A DNA stretch of 63,963 bases, counting the filler. It is 7 parts of 7 records of this genome, joined end to end, with 100 filler letters (N's around TTAATTAATTAA, not from the genome) between each part and the next. Parts side by side here need not be neighbours in the genome. Positions count along the whole stretch, not along the records: positions 1 to 3,931 come from SRR20825010_1935; positions 4,032 to 18,335 come from SRR20825010_1936; 5 more parts are not named here. The stretch is one strand, 5' to 3'. Made by a program: the position numbers and the translations under genes. The notes under the pieces are model-generated. The model saw only the letters and a list, made by a program, of their open reading frames with translations. It was not told where the DNA came from and searched no databases. Shown here in pieces: positions 1 through 10,557 of the stretch (its first letter is position 1; every line of letters begins with the position of its first letter).

Positions 1-1
1 C

Positions 2-448
2 ATCCGTGGTGTTCGTTCCGAAATGAACGTCCCACCAGCAGCAGAAGTGCCGATCTATCTGGTTGATGCAAGTGACGCGATGAAAGCTGCAGTTGCGGCA
101 CAAGAAGCACAGGTTAAACGTCTGGCCCGCGTTGCTGAAATCGCCTTCAAAGGGCAGGGCGATGTCGAAGCCATTGCCAAGGGTGCAATCCAGACAGTTG
201 TCGACGGTGTCGCTGTCTTTGTCTCGGTTGCTGATTTCATTGATGTGGCCGCTGAAAAGTCGCGCCTTGAAAAGGAAATTCAGGGCAAAAATCAGTATAT
301 CAAAGCACAGGAAGGCAAGCTTTCGAACGAGAAGTTCGTCAGCCGTGCGCCTGAGCACATCGTGACTGCAGAAAAAGCCAAGCTTGAGGAGGCCCGCGAT
401 ACGCTGGCCAAACTCAATGAAGCGTTTGAACGCATCGCATCGATGTAA
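2..448 (+). CDS. valS: Valyl-tRNA synthetase, C-terminal part (5' truncated)
   Basis: IRGVRSEMNVPP and IDVAAEKSRLEKE...KLSNEKFVSRAPEHIV match the ValRS C-terminal coiled-coil arm; frame open from the window edge. Confidence 0.93.
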   Translation: MRGVRSEMNVPPAAEVPIYLVDASDAMKAAVAAQEAQVKRLARVAEIAFKGQGDVEAIAKGAIQTVVDGVAVFVSVADFIDVAAEKSRLEKEIQGKNQYIKAQEGKLSNEKFVSRAPEHIVTAEKAKLEEARDTLAKLNEAFERIASM

Positions 449-467
449 TTTGATCCTGAACTTTATC

Positions 468-506
468 CAAAGAGGTCAGCCTTCGCGGGCTGACCTCTTT
501 GTTTTT
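468..506 (+). terminator. Rho-independent terminator after valS
   Basis: 14-bp perfect stem CAAAGAGGTCAGCC/GGCTGACCTCTTTG followed by a T run. Confidence 0.85.
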
Positions 507-646
507 AACGTAGCTGTCGTTAACGGTAAGAAGATAAAAGTCTTCGCCAGATAGACGAAGAATCGCATAGATTAGCGCTACCATGTCAATGACAGGTTCT
601 GTGCTGATCCAGAGAACTGGCACAGACTGAATTCTGTCCCGCAAGA

Positions 647-2059
647 ATGCCGCTGCCAATGCTTGTCGAAGAATGCCCCTATATCGAACCTGTTGATGCA
701 TATGGTGCTTTTTCGCCATTTGCGGACAGTCATTTTCTCGATTCCGGTGATCGGGATCGGTTTTCCTATATCGTTATGTCACCGATCCATAAGCTGACGT
801 CGAAAAATGGCCAGGTGATGCTTGATGGTTTCCCGGTGCCGGACGATCCGTTTGATGTGCTGGGTGGGTTGCTTTCACGTTACCAGCAGCAAAGCCATGA
901 TGACCTGCCACCCTTCCAAGGTGGGGCCGTGGGCTATTTCGGGTATGAATTAGCCCATCAGACGGAAGTTTTGCCGACTGCCGCGAATGACTGGCTTTCG
1001 ATGCCCGACATGGTTGTTGGTATTTATGATCTTGTGATTGCGTTTGATCAGGAAGACCGTCGGATGTGGCTAATTTCCACTGGAACCCCCGAGGATTCTG
1101 GCCCTGCGCGTGAAAAACGTGCGATTGAACGTATGGCATTGGTGCGTAAATATCTGCGTCTTGCGCGGCCGCTAATTGATGCTCCGACCGTGCCGCACAA
1201 ACCATCAAGAACAGCTTGGCAGTCGAACTTTGATCGACCGAGTTTCAAAAGTTCGGTTCAAAAGGTGATTGATTACATTTTTGCAGGCGATATTTTCCAA
1301 GCAAATTTATCGCAAAGCTTTCGGGCAGAGTACGACTTTGATGCTATTCCGGACCGGTTTGGCCTTTATCGCCGCCTGAGAGATATCAGTTCCGCACCAT
1401 TCGGGGCATTCCTGAATTTTGGGGACGTCGCTGTTTTATCTAATTCTCCTGAACGGTTCCTAAAGGTCAAAAAAGGGCAGATTGAAACCAAGCCGATTAA
1501 AGGAACACGTCCGCGTGGAGAAACCCCGTTAAGCGATGCGGAACTGGCACAGGAATTAATGCTTTCACCGAAAGATCGGGCGGAAAACATTATGATTGTG
1601 GATCTTTTGCGCAATGATTTGTCAAAAGTTTGCAAACCTCATTCGGTCAAAACACCTGCGATCTGTGCCTTGGAAAGTTACGCGAATGTGCATCATTTGG
1701 TCTCGACAGTGACCGGAAATTTAAAGAACGGTAAGTCGGCAGTTGATCTGTTGCAGGCAAGTTTCCCGGGTGGATCAATTACAGGTGCGCCAAAAATTCG
1801 AGCGATGGAAATAATTACCGAACTTGAAGGGACAACCCGCGGGGCGTATTGCGGGGCGATTGGGTATCTGGGTTTTGATGGTGCGATGGATACCAACATT
1901 GCCATCCGGTCGCTTTGTGTGAATGGGGGGCGAATGGCTTTTAACGTTGGTGGTGGGATTGTTGCCGACAGCGATCCTGAACTTGAATACGAAGAAACAT
2001 TGATCAAAGCGACCAAGATGTTTGAGCTGTTTGGTCTTGATGAGGGTGATTTCACGTGA
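647..2059 (+). CDS. pabB: Aminodeoxychorismate synthase component I
   Basis: Chorismate-binding motifs PPFQGGAVGYFGYE, SPERF, PIKGTRPRG, KDRAENIMIVDLLRNDL, FPGGSITGAPK; clustered with pabA and pabC. Confidence 0.9.
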   Translation: MPLPMLVEECPYIEPVDAYGAFSPFADSHFLDSGDRDRFSYIVMSPIHKLTSKNGQVMLDGFPVPDDPFDVLGGLLSRYQQQSHDDLPPFQGGAVGYFGYELAHQTEVLPTAANDWLSMPDMVVGIYDLVIAFDQEDRRMWLISTGTPEDSGPAREKRAIERMALVRKYLRLARPLIDAPTVPHKPSRTAWQSNFDRPSFKSSVQKVIDYIFAGDIFQANLSQSFRAEYDFDAIPDRFGLYRRLRDISSAPFGAFLNFGDVAVLSNSPERFLKVKKGQIETKPIKGTRPRGETPLSDAELAQELMLSPKDRAENIMIVDLLRNDLSKVCKPHSVKTPAICALESYANVHHLVSTVTGNLKNGKSAVDLLQASFPGGSITGAPKIRAMEIITELEGTTRGAYCGAIGYLGFDGAMDTNIAIRSLCVNGGRMAFNVGGGIVADSDPELEYEETLIKATKMFELFGLDEGDFT

Positions 2060-2640
2060 TCCTCCTCATCGATAATTACGACTCATTTGTTTTTAATCTG
2101 GCGCGCTATGTTGAAGAATTAGGTCGCAAGGTCATGGTTGTCCGCAATGATCAGATCAATGCAGATCATGTCCGTGCATTAGGACCAGAGGCCATTATTT
2201 TCTCCCCCGGACCATGTGGGCCCGATGATGCGGGAAATAGCCTGTCGCTGATTGACACGCTTAAATCAGAATTCCCAATGCTGGGTGTTTGTCTTGGTCA
2301 TCAATCAATTGCGCAGGCGTTTGGTGGAACAGTACGCCGGGCAAAACGCCCGGTCCATGGGATGACTTCCGAAATTCGTCATAGCGGCGAAGGATTGTTT
2401 GCCGGATTAAACAATCCTTTGCAAGTAACGCGCTATCACTCACTTGTTGTCGATTTGCCAGACGATGGCAGCTTGGTCGAAACTGCAACAGGACCAGAAG
2501 GAGAAGTAATGGCGTTTGCCCATAAGGAACTTCCGATATTTGGTGTACAGTTTCATCCGGAATCGGTTTTGACCGAACAGGGACACGAGTTGTTGGCAAA
2601 TTTCATGAACCTAGCTTGCATGCCCGAAACATCAAGATAG
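2056..2640 (+). CDS. pabA: Glutamine amidotransferase (PabA/TrpG)
   Basis: IDNYDSF, SPGP, GVCLGHQ, RYHSL and QFHPES class I GATase motifs; 4-nt overlap with pabB. Confidence 0.9.
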   Translation: MILLIDNYDSFVFNLARYVEELGRKVMVVRNDQINADHVRALGPEAIIFSPGPCGPDDAGNSLSLIDTLKSEFPMLGVCLGHQSIAQAFGGTVRRAKRPVHGMTSEIRHSGEGLFAGLNNPLQVTRYHSLVVDLPDDGSLVETATGPEGEVMAFAHKELPIFGVQFHPESVLTEQGHELLANFMNLACMPETSR

Positions 2641-2650
2641 AGGGAACAGC

Positions 2651-3511
2651 GTGATGCAGGTTTGGATGAATGGCAGCTTTTACGATCAGGACAAAGCCGT
2701 TATTCCAGTGACAGATCGCGGGTTTCTTTTGGGCGACGGTGTTTTTGAAACGATGCGTGCCCATAAGGGCACAATTGCATGGCTTCCTTCCCATATCGAA
2801 CGTCTGGGCTATCATGCTGACGTCGTCAATTTCCCGACTGATTTTCTACCTAGTGCCGAAAAGGTGGCTAGTATTGTGCAGACTTTGGTCACGGACGTTC
2901 ATACCGAAGATGCAGTTGTACGTCTGACGGTGTCTCGTGGTTCGGGAGAGCGTGGTTTGTTGCCGCCGTCGAGTTGCAGCCCAACCATCTTGATTACGGT
3001 AGCGCCATTTGTTCCGGTTGATCAGAGTATTGGCTTGAGACTATGCACATCACAGAAAATACGGCGCAATGTCTGGTCCGTAGCAGGCAGCATCAAGAGT
3101 TTAAATTATCTTGATAATATTGCAGCCAAGCAAGAAGCGACAGGTTATGGCGGTGATGATGCACTCATTCTTTCAGCAGATGGGGATGTTGCAGAAACCA
3201 GTGTGGCAAACATTTTTGCGATTCAGGGAGATACGTTATGGACGCCACATGAGGGAACGGGGATTCTATGTGGGATTGCACGTGGTTACGTTCTGAAATG
3301 GGCCAAGGAATCTGGTGTTAATGTCAATTTTTCTTCAAAACAGCCAGGTATGCTCCGAGACTTTGATGCCGTATTCACGGCAAACGCCCTACAAGGGTTA
3401 CGTGCTGTTGATAAGGTAGATGGCGAGGATGTTGGTGTCCCTGCGAATACACTCTTCACTGAATTGGCGCGAAAGGTGGAGTTGTCCCTATGCAATGGTA
3501 TAATCCTTTAA
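2651..3511 (+). CDS. pabC: Aminotransferase class IV / aminodeoxychorismate lyase
   Basis: DRGFLLGDGVFET, RLTVSRG, KSLNYL and ETSVANIF fold-type IV PLP motifs; context after pabBA. Confidence 0.75.
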   Translation: MMQVWMNGSFYDQDKAVIPVTDRGFLLGDGVFETMRAHKGTIAWLPSHIERLGYHADVVNFPTDFLPSAEKVASIVQTLVTDVHTEDAVVRLTVSRGSGERGLLPPSSCSPTILITVAPFVPVDQSIGLRLCTSQKIRRNVWSVAGSIKSLNYLDNIAAKQEATGYGGDDALILSADGDVAETSVANIFAIQGDTLWTPHEGTGILCGIARGYVLKWAKESGVNVNFSSKQPGMLRDFDAVFTANALQGLRAVDKVDGEDVGVPANTLFTELARKVELSLCNGIIL

Positions 3512-3567
3512 CGTAAGTTAACCATATCATTGGTATGTTGTGGCCCTGAGTTGTTACAGGATTACCC

Positions 3568-3931
3568 ATGAACGCCCACACGTCCAAACCCGCCTTATCT
3601 ATTGACCGTTTTGTTGAAAGCCTGCGCAAACATGCTGCGAACGGGAAAAGCCTTAATCTGGGTATTCTAAAAATCCCGGCTGATCTGCGGTTGGTGACCG
3701 ATGACTATCAGGCAATTTCACGTGATGCGTTCCATCACTTGCCCGAGAATACGCAGGTCCATCGTCTCGAAAACGGTATGATTGCCTGCATCAAAGGGGG
3801 TAAGTGGGCCGATGATGATGCCAGTTTCGTCGAGCATGTTCGCGAAACACTTGAAGAGGTTGTAGAACGACAAGGGTTGGGTGCTGTTCCCGAAAACCTT
3901 TGGAACCGTTTTCAGTGGCCAGCGGACAAAG
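3568..3931 (+). CDS. Hypothetical protein (3' truncated at contig end)
   Basis: ATG preceded by AGGA; frame open to the gap; no recognised motif. Confidence 0.6.
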
Positions 3932-4031
3932 NNNNNNNNNNNNNNNNNNNNNNNNNNNNNNNNNNNNNNNNNNNNTTAATTAATTAANNNNNNNNNNNNN
4001 NNNNNNNNNNNNNNNNNNNNNNNNNNNNNNN
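3932..4031. other. Artificial contig spacer
   Basis: N44-TTAATTAATTAA-N44, with stops in all six frames. Confidence 0.98.
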
Positions 4032-6346
4032 AGGCGGCGCTGGATATAGCTGGTGGACGCCCGCCGGTCACGCAGTACAATATTCACCGCCTGATCATAG
4101 AGGCTGTTATCATCGCCTCCGCCAGATGGACCTGGGATGAACGGGCTGTCAAAACCCTCTTCAGGTTCTTCCGTCACCTCTGAGAGATACTCCGGCGCGC
4201 CCTGTTTCTGTAGGTGGGTCACTACTTTTTCGACTTCCTTGTCAGACACAAAAGCACCGTGCACGCGGGTGATGCGGCCACCACCGGCCATAAAGAGCAT
4301 GTCACCCATACCAAGAAGCTGCTCGGCACCCTGCTCACCCAGAATGGTGCGGCTGTCGATTTTCGAGGTTACCTGGAAACTGATCCGGGTCGGGAAATTG
4401 GCTTTGATCGTACCGGTGATCACGTCCACCGATGGCCGCTGTGTCGCCATCACCAGGTGAATGCCCGCAGCCCGCGCCATCTGCGCAAGACGCTGCACCG
4501 TGGCTTCCACGTCCTTGCCTGCCACCAGCATCAGGTCTGCCATCTCGTCAATCACAATCACGATGAACGGGAGCGGCTGGAAGTCGAACTCCTGCTCCTC
4601 CATCACCGGCTGGCCGGTTTCTTTGTCAAAGCCGGTTTGAATTTCGCGGGTCAGGCGTTCGCCGTTCGCGCGGGCTTCATGAACACGTTTGTTAAACGCC
4701 GCAAGGTTCCTCACCCCAAGCTTGGACATATTGCGGTACCGGTCTTCCATCTCCCGGACTGCCCATTTAAGCGCAACCACCGCTTTTTTCGGTTCTGTCA
4801 CCACCGGCGTCAAAAGATGCGGGATACCGTCATAAACCGAAAGCTCAAGCATCTTGGGGTCAACCATGATCAGCCTGAGCGTCTCGGGGCTGTGCCGGTA
4901 AAGAAGCGACAGGATCATTGTGTTGATACCGACCGACTTACCGGAACCGGTGGTGCCTGCCACAAGCAAGTGCGGCATGGACGCAAGATCCGCCACCACA
5001 GGCGCGCCGCCAATGTCTTTACCAAGCACAACGGGCAGGCGGGCTTTGGTGCCCTCATAATCCCGGCTGGCAAGCAGTTCGCGCAGGAAAACGGTCTGGC
5101 GGTCGCTGTTTGGAAGCTCGATCCCGATCGCATTACGGCCCGGTACTACCGCCACACGGGCAGAGATTGCGCTCATGGACCGCGCGATATCGTCCGCCAA
5201 GCCAATCACCCGCGCAGATTTGGTGCCGCGCGCCGGTTCAAGCTCATAAAGCGTAACCACAGGGCCAGGGCGCACGTCGTTGATATCGCCCTGTACACCA
5301 AAGTCGTCGAGCACGCCTTCAAGCATGCGGGCGTTCTGCTCAAGTGATTCTTCACTGATACGGCCCAGCTTTTCAGGGGGCGGGGGTGGTGCCAGAAGCT
5401 CAAGCGCGGGCAAGCCAAAGCCGCCGCTGTCGCCAAAGTCCAGCACGGTTTGGGCTTCTTTGGTTTCGCGTTTACCCCGGCTCGGTTTCGCCTGCGGTTT
5501 CACGCGCTTCTCCGGCACAGGAGCTTTCTTGGCCGCCTTCCGTGGTGCCATGGGCACGCGCGCGCTATCCGCCTCAAAAGGCGGATCGTCATAATCGTCA
5601 AACTCATCATCTTCGCCGCGTGTACGGCTGCGGAAGATAAGCCTGAAGGTGGCAGCAACAGCGGAGCCGATGGTGCGCAGCAGCCAAAGCACGGAGCGCA
5701 CCACCGCAAGCACGGCTGCTTTCAAAGCGTTATAAACAGCTGTCCATTCCTCCCGGTTGAGCGCGAAGGAGAAGGCGTATGCGGGCACACCAAGCACGGC
5801 AAACACCACACCATAAACCCACGCAGGCACCACAATCCCAGCAAACAGCTCAATCACCATCAGGTAAAGGCGCTGGCCAAGGGCACCACCGTATCCGGCC
5901 TGCACTATAAAATCAGGCGAGGGCGCGGTCACGCTGAGTGCGATGGCAATCAAGATCAGGCTGACCGGCACAAAAGTAAGGTTGAGCCAGAACATGGGCA
6001 GCCACTTGAGCCGCAGGATTTTCACACCCCAGATGGCAAGCGGCAACGGCAACAGATACCCGGCCAGCGCCAGCGTCTGCATCAGCACATCGGCCACATT
6101 GGCACCATATGCCATGAGCCAGTTGGTGGCGGGCCGTGTTGCCTCATTATTGATCGTGGGGTCAGTGGGGTTATAGGAGGCAAGCGACAACACAACGCTG
6201 ACGGCAAACGCTATCAGGGCAAGCCCAAGAAGCCGCCAACCCGTATTTTTGAGGAACACCACAAAAGCAGGCGGCAGTAACGGCGCCTTGTCCCTGGCGG
6301 CTTTATTATTTGCTGTACCCGCCTTTGCAGGTTTGCGTGACGACAC
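4032..6346 (-). CDS. ftsK: DNA translocase FtsK (3' truncated)
   Basis: N-terminal TM region, Walker A AGTTGSGKS, DPKMLELS, IDEMADLM, ATQRPSVDVITG; gamma domain begins at the gap. Confidence 0.97.
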
Positions 6347-6575
6347 TGATTTCTTGCTCCCTCAAGCCCTAAGGCTCAAACCCGGTGCCAAAATGTGGCG
6401 ACGAGGCTCATATTCTTGTCCTGTTCGCTGCACTTTAATGCTCAACAAGGGTTTAGGACAAGAGCGGCGATTTCATGGCAGTCATTTTAAGCCCCAGGAA
6501 ATGGCGTGCTGCGGCATCAGGTCTCTTTACAGCGCCCTTCAATCGGGCCTACATGAAGCCATAAGGAGAGTAACC

Positions 6576-7811
6576 ATGGGTGCAGACAAAGCCAAAACCA
6601 TAAAAAGCGAGATTGTCATCGTTGGTGGCGGTATGGCAGGCCTTACGGCAGCCATTGGCCTTGCGCAGCATGGTTTTGAGGTTGTTGTGGTTGATATGGT
6701 GCCAAAGGGCGACCTGACCGCAGCAAGCTATGACGGCCGCGCCAGCGCGCTGGCCTATGCCTCCTGCCAGCTTTTGAAAGCCATTGGGGTTTGGCCTTAT
6801 ATGGAGCCCTATGCACAGCCTATTCTTGAAATCCGGGTATCGGACGGCCCGTCGCTGTTGCACCTGCATTTCGATAATGAAACGCTGGGCGATGGCCCGC
6901 TTGGCCACATGGTGGAAAACCGCCATACCCGCATTGCACTATTCAAACGGTTGGAAGAGTTTGAAAACATCCGCTTCCTCGCGCCGGAGAAAGTAGCTGA
7001 CATCAACCGCAGCGCTTCGGGCGTTTCTGTCACACTTGAAAGCGGCGTGTGTGTTGACGCTGATCTGCTGCTCGGCATAGATGGGCGTGGCTCAGTTGTG
7101 CGCCGCCACGCAGACCTGCCAACAAGCAGTATTGAATACAAACAACACGGCATCGTGTGCTCGGTCGAGCATGAACACAGCCACTGCGGTATTGCGCACG
7201 AGCGGTTCCTGCCGTCAGGGCCCTTTGCCATCTTGCCGCTGACCGGCAATCGCTCATCGCTTGTCTGGACGGAAAAGAGCCATCTGGTCGATACCATCAT
7301 GAATCTCTCCGACCGGGCGTTTGAAAGCGAAGTGGCACGGCGTATTGGCGGTTTCCTTGGTGAGGTGAAGGTTGTTGGCGGGCGCTGGGCTTACCCCATC
7401 AGCCTGCAGTATGCGCACAGCTATGTATCTGACCGCCTTGCGTTGATTGGTGACGCTGCCCACGGTATCCACCCCATCTCAGGCCAGGGCCTGAACCTGG
7501 GGCTCAAGGATGTGGCGGCGCTGATTGAAGTACTGGTGGTGGCCCGGAACGTGGGCCTGGATATTGGTGCCACCTCTGTGCTTGATAACTACGCCCAGTG
7601 GCGCACCACAGATAATGCTGCTGTTTATGCGATCACAGACGGTTTCAACCGGCTGTTCTCCAACGATATTGGCCCCATTAAACTGGCGCGCGACCTTGGC
7701 ATGGCGGCGGTGAATGAAGTCACTCCGCTCAAGAATTTCTTCATGAGCCATGCACGCGGCACGGTCGGGGAACTCCCGAAACTGTTACGCGGCGAAAGCC
7801 TCACATCCTGA
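6576..7811 (+). CDS. UbiH/UbiF/UbiL-family FAD-dependent ubiquinone hydroxylase
   Basis: GGGMAG Rossmann motif, ERFLPSGPFAILP, GDAAHGIHPISGQGLNLG; AGGAGAG RBS before ATG 6576. Confidence 0.9.
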   Translation: MGADKAKTIKSEIVIVGGGMAGLTAAIGLAQHGFEVVVVDMVPKGDLTAASYDGRASALAYASCQLLKAIGVWPYMEPYAQPILEIRVSDGPSLLHLHFDNETLGDGPLGHMVENRHTRIALFKRLEEFENIRFLAPEKVADINRSASGVSVTLESGVCVDADLLLGIDGRGSVVRRHADLPTSSIEYKQHGIVCSVEHEHSHCGIAHERFLPSGPFAILPLTGNRSSLVWTEKSHLVDTIMNLSDRAFESEVARRIGGFLGEVKVVGGRWAYPISLQYAHSYVSDRLALIGDAAHGIHPISGQGLNLGLKDVAALIEVLVVARNVGLDIGATSVLDNYAQWRTTDNAAVYAITDGFNRLFSNDIGPIKLARDLGMAAVNEVTPLKNFFMSHARGTVGELPKLLRGESLTS

Positions 7812-7823
7812 TATACTGCACGC

Positions 7824-8396
7824 ATGAAACGGCCGCACAATATCGCGGATACCAGATTCCGCATTCATGATACCAAGGCAGAGACGCCTGCTATTGAGGC
7901 TGCGCGTACGCTCTATTTCAATGCCACGCTTTATGCACACCGCTCGCTTCCCAAAAAGAGTTTCAACCGCATGATCCTGATCCTTGCCGCTTTCTGCGTG
8001 TTTGCGGCGGTGCGTTTCATCATGATTGGGGCGTGGCCTGTGGTGATATTTGTGGCCATTGACCTGGTCGCGCTGTGGCTTGCATTTTTCTTCAACTACC
8101 GGGCGGCCCGAGCGTTCGAGACCGTACAGCTTACGGACAAGGACCTGCTTTTGACCCGTGTGAGCGCGCGCGGGCGGTCTTCCACCTGGCGGTTTGAGCC
8201 TTATTGGGCCAGTGTGAAGGTGCGGGAGCGAGGAGAAGACGAGAATGAACTTTACCTGCGCTCGCACGGTGAAACCGTTTATTTTGGTGACTGTTTGACC
8301 GCGCAGGAGCGGCGCGACTTTCGAGAGGCACTTGACCTTGCGCTGGCACGCTGGCGTGCGCGAACCCCGCACCCGGATCAAGGCGCCTCGCAATAA
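7824..8396 (+). CDS. DUF2244-like membrane protein
   Basis: HRSL, two TM helices with GAWPV, NYRAARAFE and EPYW pattern. Confidence 0.75.
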   Translation: MKRPHNIADTRFRIHDTKAETPAIEAARTLYFNATLYAHRSLPKKSFNRMILILAAFCVFAAVRFIMIGAWPVVIFVAIDLVALWLAFFFNYRAARAFETVQLTDKDLLLTRVSARGRSSTWRFEPYWASVKVRERGEDENELYLRSHGETVYFGDCLTAQERRDFREALDLALARWRARTPHPDQGASQ

Positions 8397-9211
8397 ACCT
8401 GTGCAATGGAACGGTTGGCCCGGAAGGCATTTCCGTTTTCATCAAAGTTTTCACGCTTTATCAACGTTCGCTGCGTACCCGTACCATCCGCAATCAGGCC
8501 CGTATCCTCAAAAACTCTGGGGTGCGTGGTGTAAACCCTGCCCCGGCGCGGTGCGCCCGCGACCACTGTGCCGACAACATAACCTTCCGCGTTAAAGACG
8601 GGACCACCGGATATGCCGCCCAATGAGCCACCAAACGTGGGACGACGTTCACGTTCCACCCATGCCACCACAGGTTCACGCATACGGTAACGCCCGGTGG
8701 AGCGCATCTCTGTGCGCCCGATAACGGTAGCGCGCACATCAGCCGGTTTGCCTTGCGGGAACCCCATCATATAACCGTCGTCACCCCGGTTTGGGCTTTC
8801 GCTCGAAAGTTCAAACGCCTTTGGTTTCATCCCTTTCGCGCGCAATACGGCAAAATCCCGGCTGGTTTCGCTCGTGGCAGATGCCACCGGCTCCAGCATA
8901 CGGGGGCCTTTCACCAGATATATCTTGCCGCAGCCATCCACCACATGGCGGGCGGTGATGAACACACCGTCGCCGCGTGCCGCAAAAGCTGTTCCGATAC
9001 CGTTTTTGACCTCCAAGTCCAGCTCCACCGTCACGCCGCGATCATCGTTACCGGGCAGAGGCCCGTCATCAGGGATCAGGACAGGAGGCACGTGCTGTTC
9101 AGCACCTTCAGGTAGCGGCCTGCGCGGCTCCACCTCGTCCACATTGGCGTAGCGCACAATGAAGAAAATGATGATCACCAGATAGGTGAGTATTTCGCGG
9201 CTGCGGCGCAT
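8378..9211 (-). CDS. Membrane-anchored trypsin-like serine protease
   Basis: N-terminal TM helix; GTAF, TARHVV (His), DFAVL (Asp), GISGGP (Ser). Confidence 0.85.
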   Translation of the reverse strand: MRRSREILTYLVIIIFFIVRYANVDEVEPRRPLPEGAEQHVPPVLIPDDGPLPGNDDRGVTVELDLEVKNGIGTAFAARGDGVFITARHVVDGCGKIYLVKGPRMLEPVASATSETSRDFAVLRAKGMKPKAFELSSESPNRGDDGYMMGFPQGKPADVRATVIGRTEMRSTGRYRMREPVVAWVERERRPTFGGSLGGISGGPVFNAEGYVVGTVVAGAPRRGRVYTTHPRVFEDTGLIADGTGTQRTLIKRENFDENGNAFRANRSIAQVYCEAP

Positions 9212-9223
9212 GCTGGCGTGTCC

Positions 9224-9637
9224 CTAGCCCGTGATCGCCGCCGAGTTGATAAAGGCCGTTGCCAGCTTGAAAGACACCAGCAGAACGGCAGCGCCCATAT
9301 CATTTTTTTCAATACGCTGGGACAGGTCTGGCAGCAGAAGCGAAACGAGGCGGAAAGCAACAAGCTGGAGCACAAGGGCGATAATGCCCCAGAAGACAAG
9401 ATCCCAGATCGATACGGAAGCCGCCAGCGAGAAGGCAATTGGTAGGGCGAGGCCCACAATGGCACCACCAAGGGATAACGCCGCCGCAACATTTCCTTCG
9501 CGGATAAGCGCCAGCTCGTCATGCGAGGTGAGGCGCATATAAAGCGCGATACCCACAAGAAGGATCACGAGGCTCGTGCCCGAATGCACCATAAATACCG
9601 GCAGCCCGGCCCATAGTGCCATCAACGCTTCTTCCAT
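9224..9637 (-). CDS. DUF350 (YjfL-like) membrane protein
   Basis: T.HDE..LI.EGN.AAA motif and four hydrophobic segments. Confidence 0.8.
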   Translation of the reverse strand: MEEALMALWAGLPVFMVHSGTSLVILLVGIALYMRLTSHDELALIREGNVAAALSLGGAIVGLALPIAFSLAASVSIWDLVFWGIIALVLQLVAFRLVSLLLPDLSQRIEKNDMGAAVLLVSFKLATAFINSAAITG

Positions 9638-9658
9638 AACCTTGTCCCCCTCAGACTA

Positions 9659-10453
9659 TTAATTCAGGCCCAGTACGTGGCGCATGTTGTAGCGGCCATT
9701 TGGCTGGCTGTGAAGCCAAAGCGCTGCACGCACGGCACCATCGGCAAAAAGGCTGCGGTTCTCTGCTTTGTGGGAAAGCGTGATGCGCTCACTACCGCTG
9801 GCGAAAATCACGTCATGCTCTCCAATCACCGACCCGCCCCTGAGGGCTGCAAAACCGATGGTGCCTTCAACGCGTTCACCGGTCAGGCCTTCCCGCGCCG
9901 GTGTGCGCAGGTCGTCAAGCGATGCGCCGCGCCCCTCTGCCGCCGCATCCCCCAGCATAAGCGCGGTGCCAGACGGCGCGTCCACCTTGTCCCGGTGGTG
10001 CATCTCGAGAATATCGATATCCCACTCAGGCCCCAGTTTGCTGGCCGCATCCCGCACCAAAGCCATCAAGAGATTAACACCTTGCGAATAATTGCCTGCC
10101 TGCATGATGCGCGTGGAGCCCGCTGCGATCATCAGTGCGCTTTCGTCGCCGCCCGAAAGCCCCGTTGTGCCCACCACCAGTGCTTTTTTATGCCGGGCCG
10201 CGAGGCCCGCGTGCGCCGCCGTATCCCCCGGCGGGGTAAAGTCGATCACCACATCAGCGGCTTCAAAGACATCCTCGATGGTTGCGCTCAGGTTCACAGA
10301 CGTGCCGGTGATGGGTGCGCCAATGTCGGGATGCCGCGGCCGGTCACAGCCCGCAACAAAGCTGGCATCATCATTTTCCTCAACGGCCTTGAGCACCGCC
10401 TGCCCCATCCGGCCCATCACCCCAAGAATTCCAACCTTCACCTGATCTGCCAT
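9659..10453 (-). CDS. dapB: 4-hydroxy-tetrahydrodipicolinate reductase
   Basis: GRMG, IDFT, GTTG, EMHHRDKVDAPSGTAL, RGGSVIGEH. Confidence 0.96.
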   Translation of the reverse strand: MADQVKVGILGVMGRMGQAVLKAVEENDDASFVAGCDRPRHPDIGAPITGTSVNLSATIEDVFEAADVVIDFTPPGDTAAHAGLAARHKKALVVGTTGLSGGDESALMIAAGSTRIMQAGNYSQGVNLLMALVRDAASKLGPEWDIDILEMHHRDKVDAPSGTALMLGDAAAEGRGASLDDLRTPAREGLTGERVEGTIGFAALRGGSVIGEHDVIFASGSERITLSHKAENRSLFADGAVRAALWLHSQPNGRYNMRHVLGLN

Positions 10454-10503
10454 GGTTTGCTCTCGCTCAATTATGCTTTTCCTTTGCTATCAGGCGGATG
10501 CAC

Positions 10504-10533
10504 AAAAGGAAAGGCCGGGCGAAACCCGGCCTT
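10504..10533 (-). terminator. Terminator downstream of the TonB receptor
   Basis: AAGGCCGGG/CCCGGCCTT stem followed on the minus strand by TCCTTTT. Confidence 0.75.
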
Positions 10534-10557
10534 ACCAATTTTTTCTGATGCGCAGGC

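Noticed and set aside
4214-6280. Long plus-strand ORFs (377 and 276 aa) opposite ftsK
   Set aside because: Antisense shadows of a conserved gene, with no motifs
6249-6575. 109-aa N-terminal extension of the UbiH-like ORF
   Set aside because: Overlaps the ftsK start on the other strand; a strong RBS and the Rossmann motif place the start at 6576
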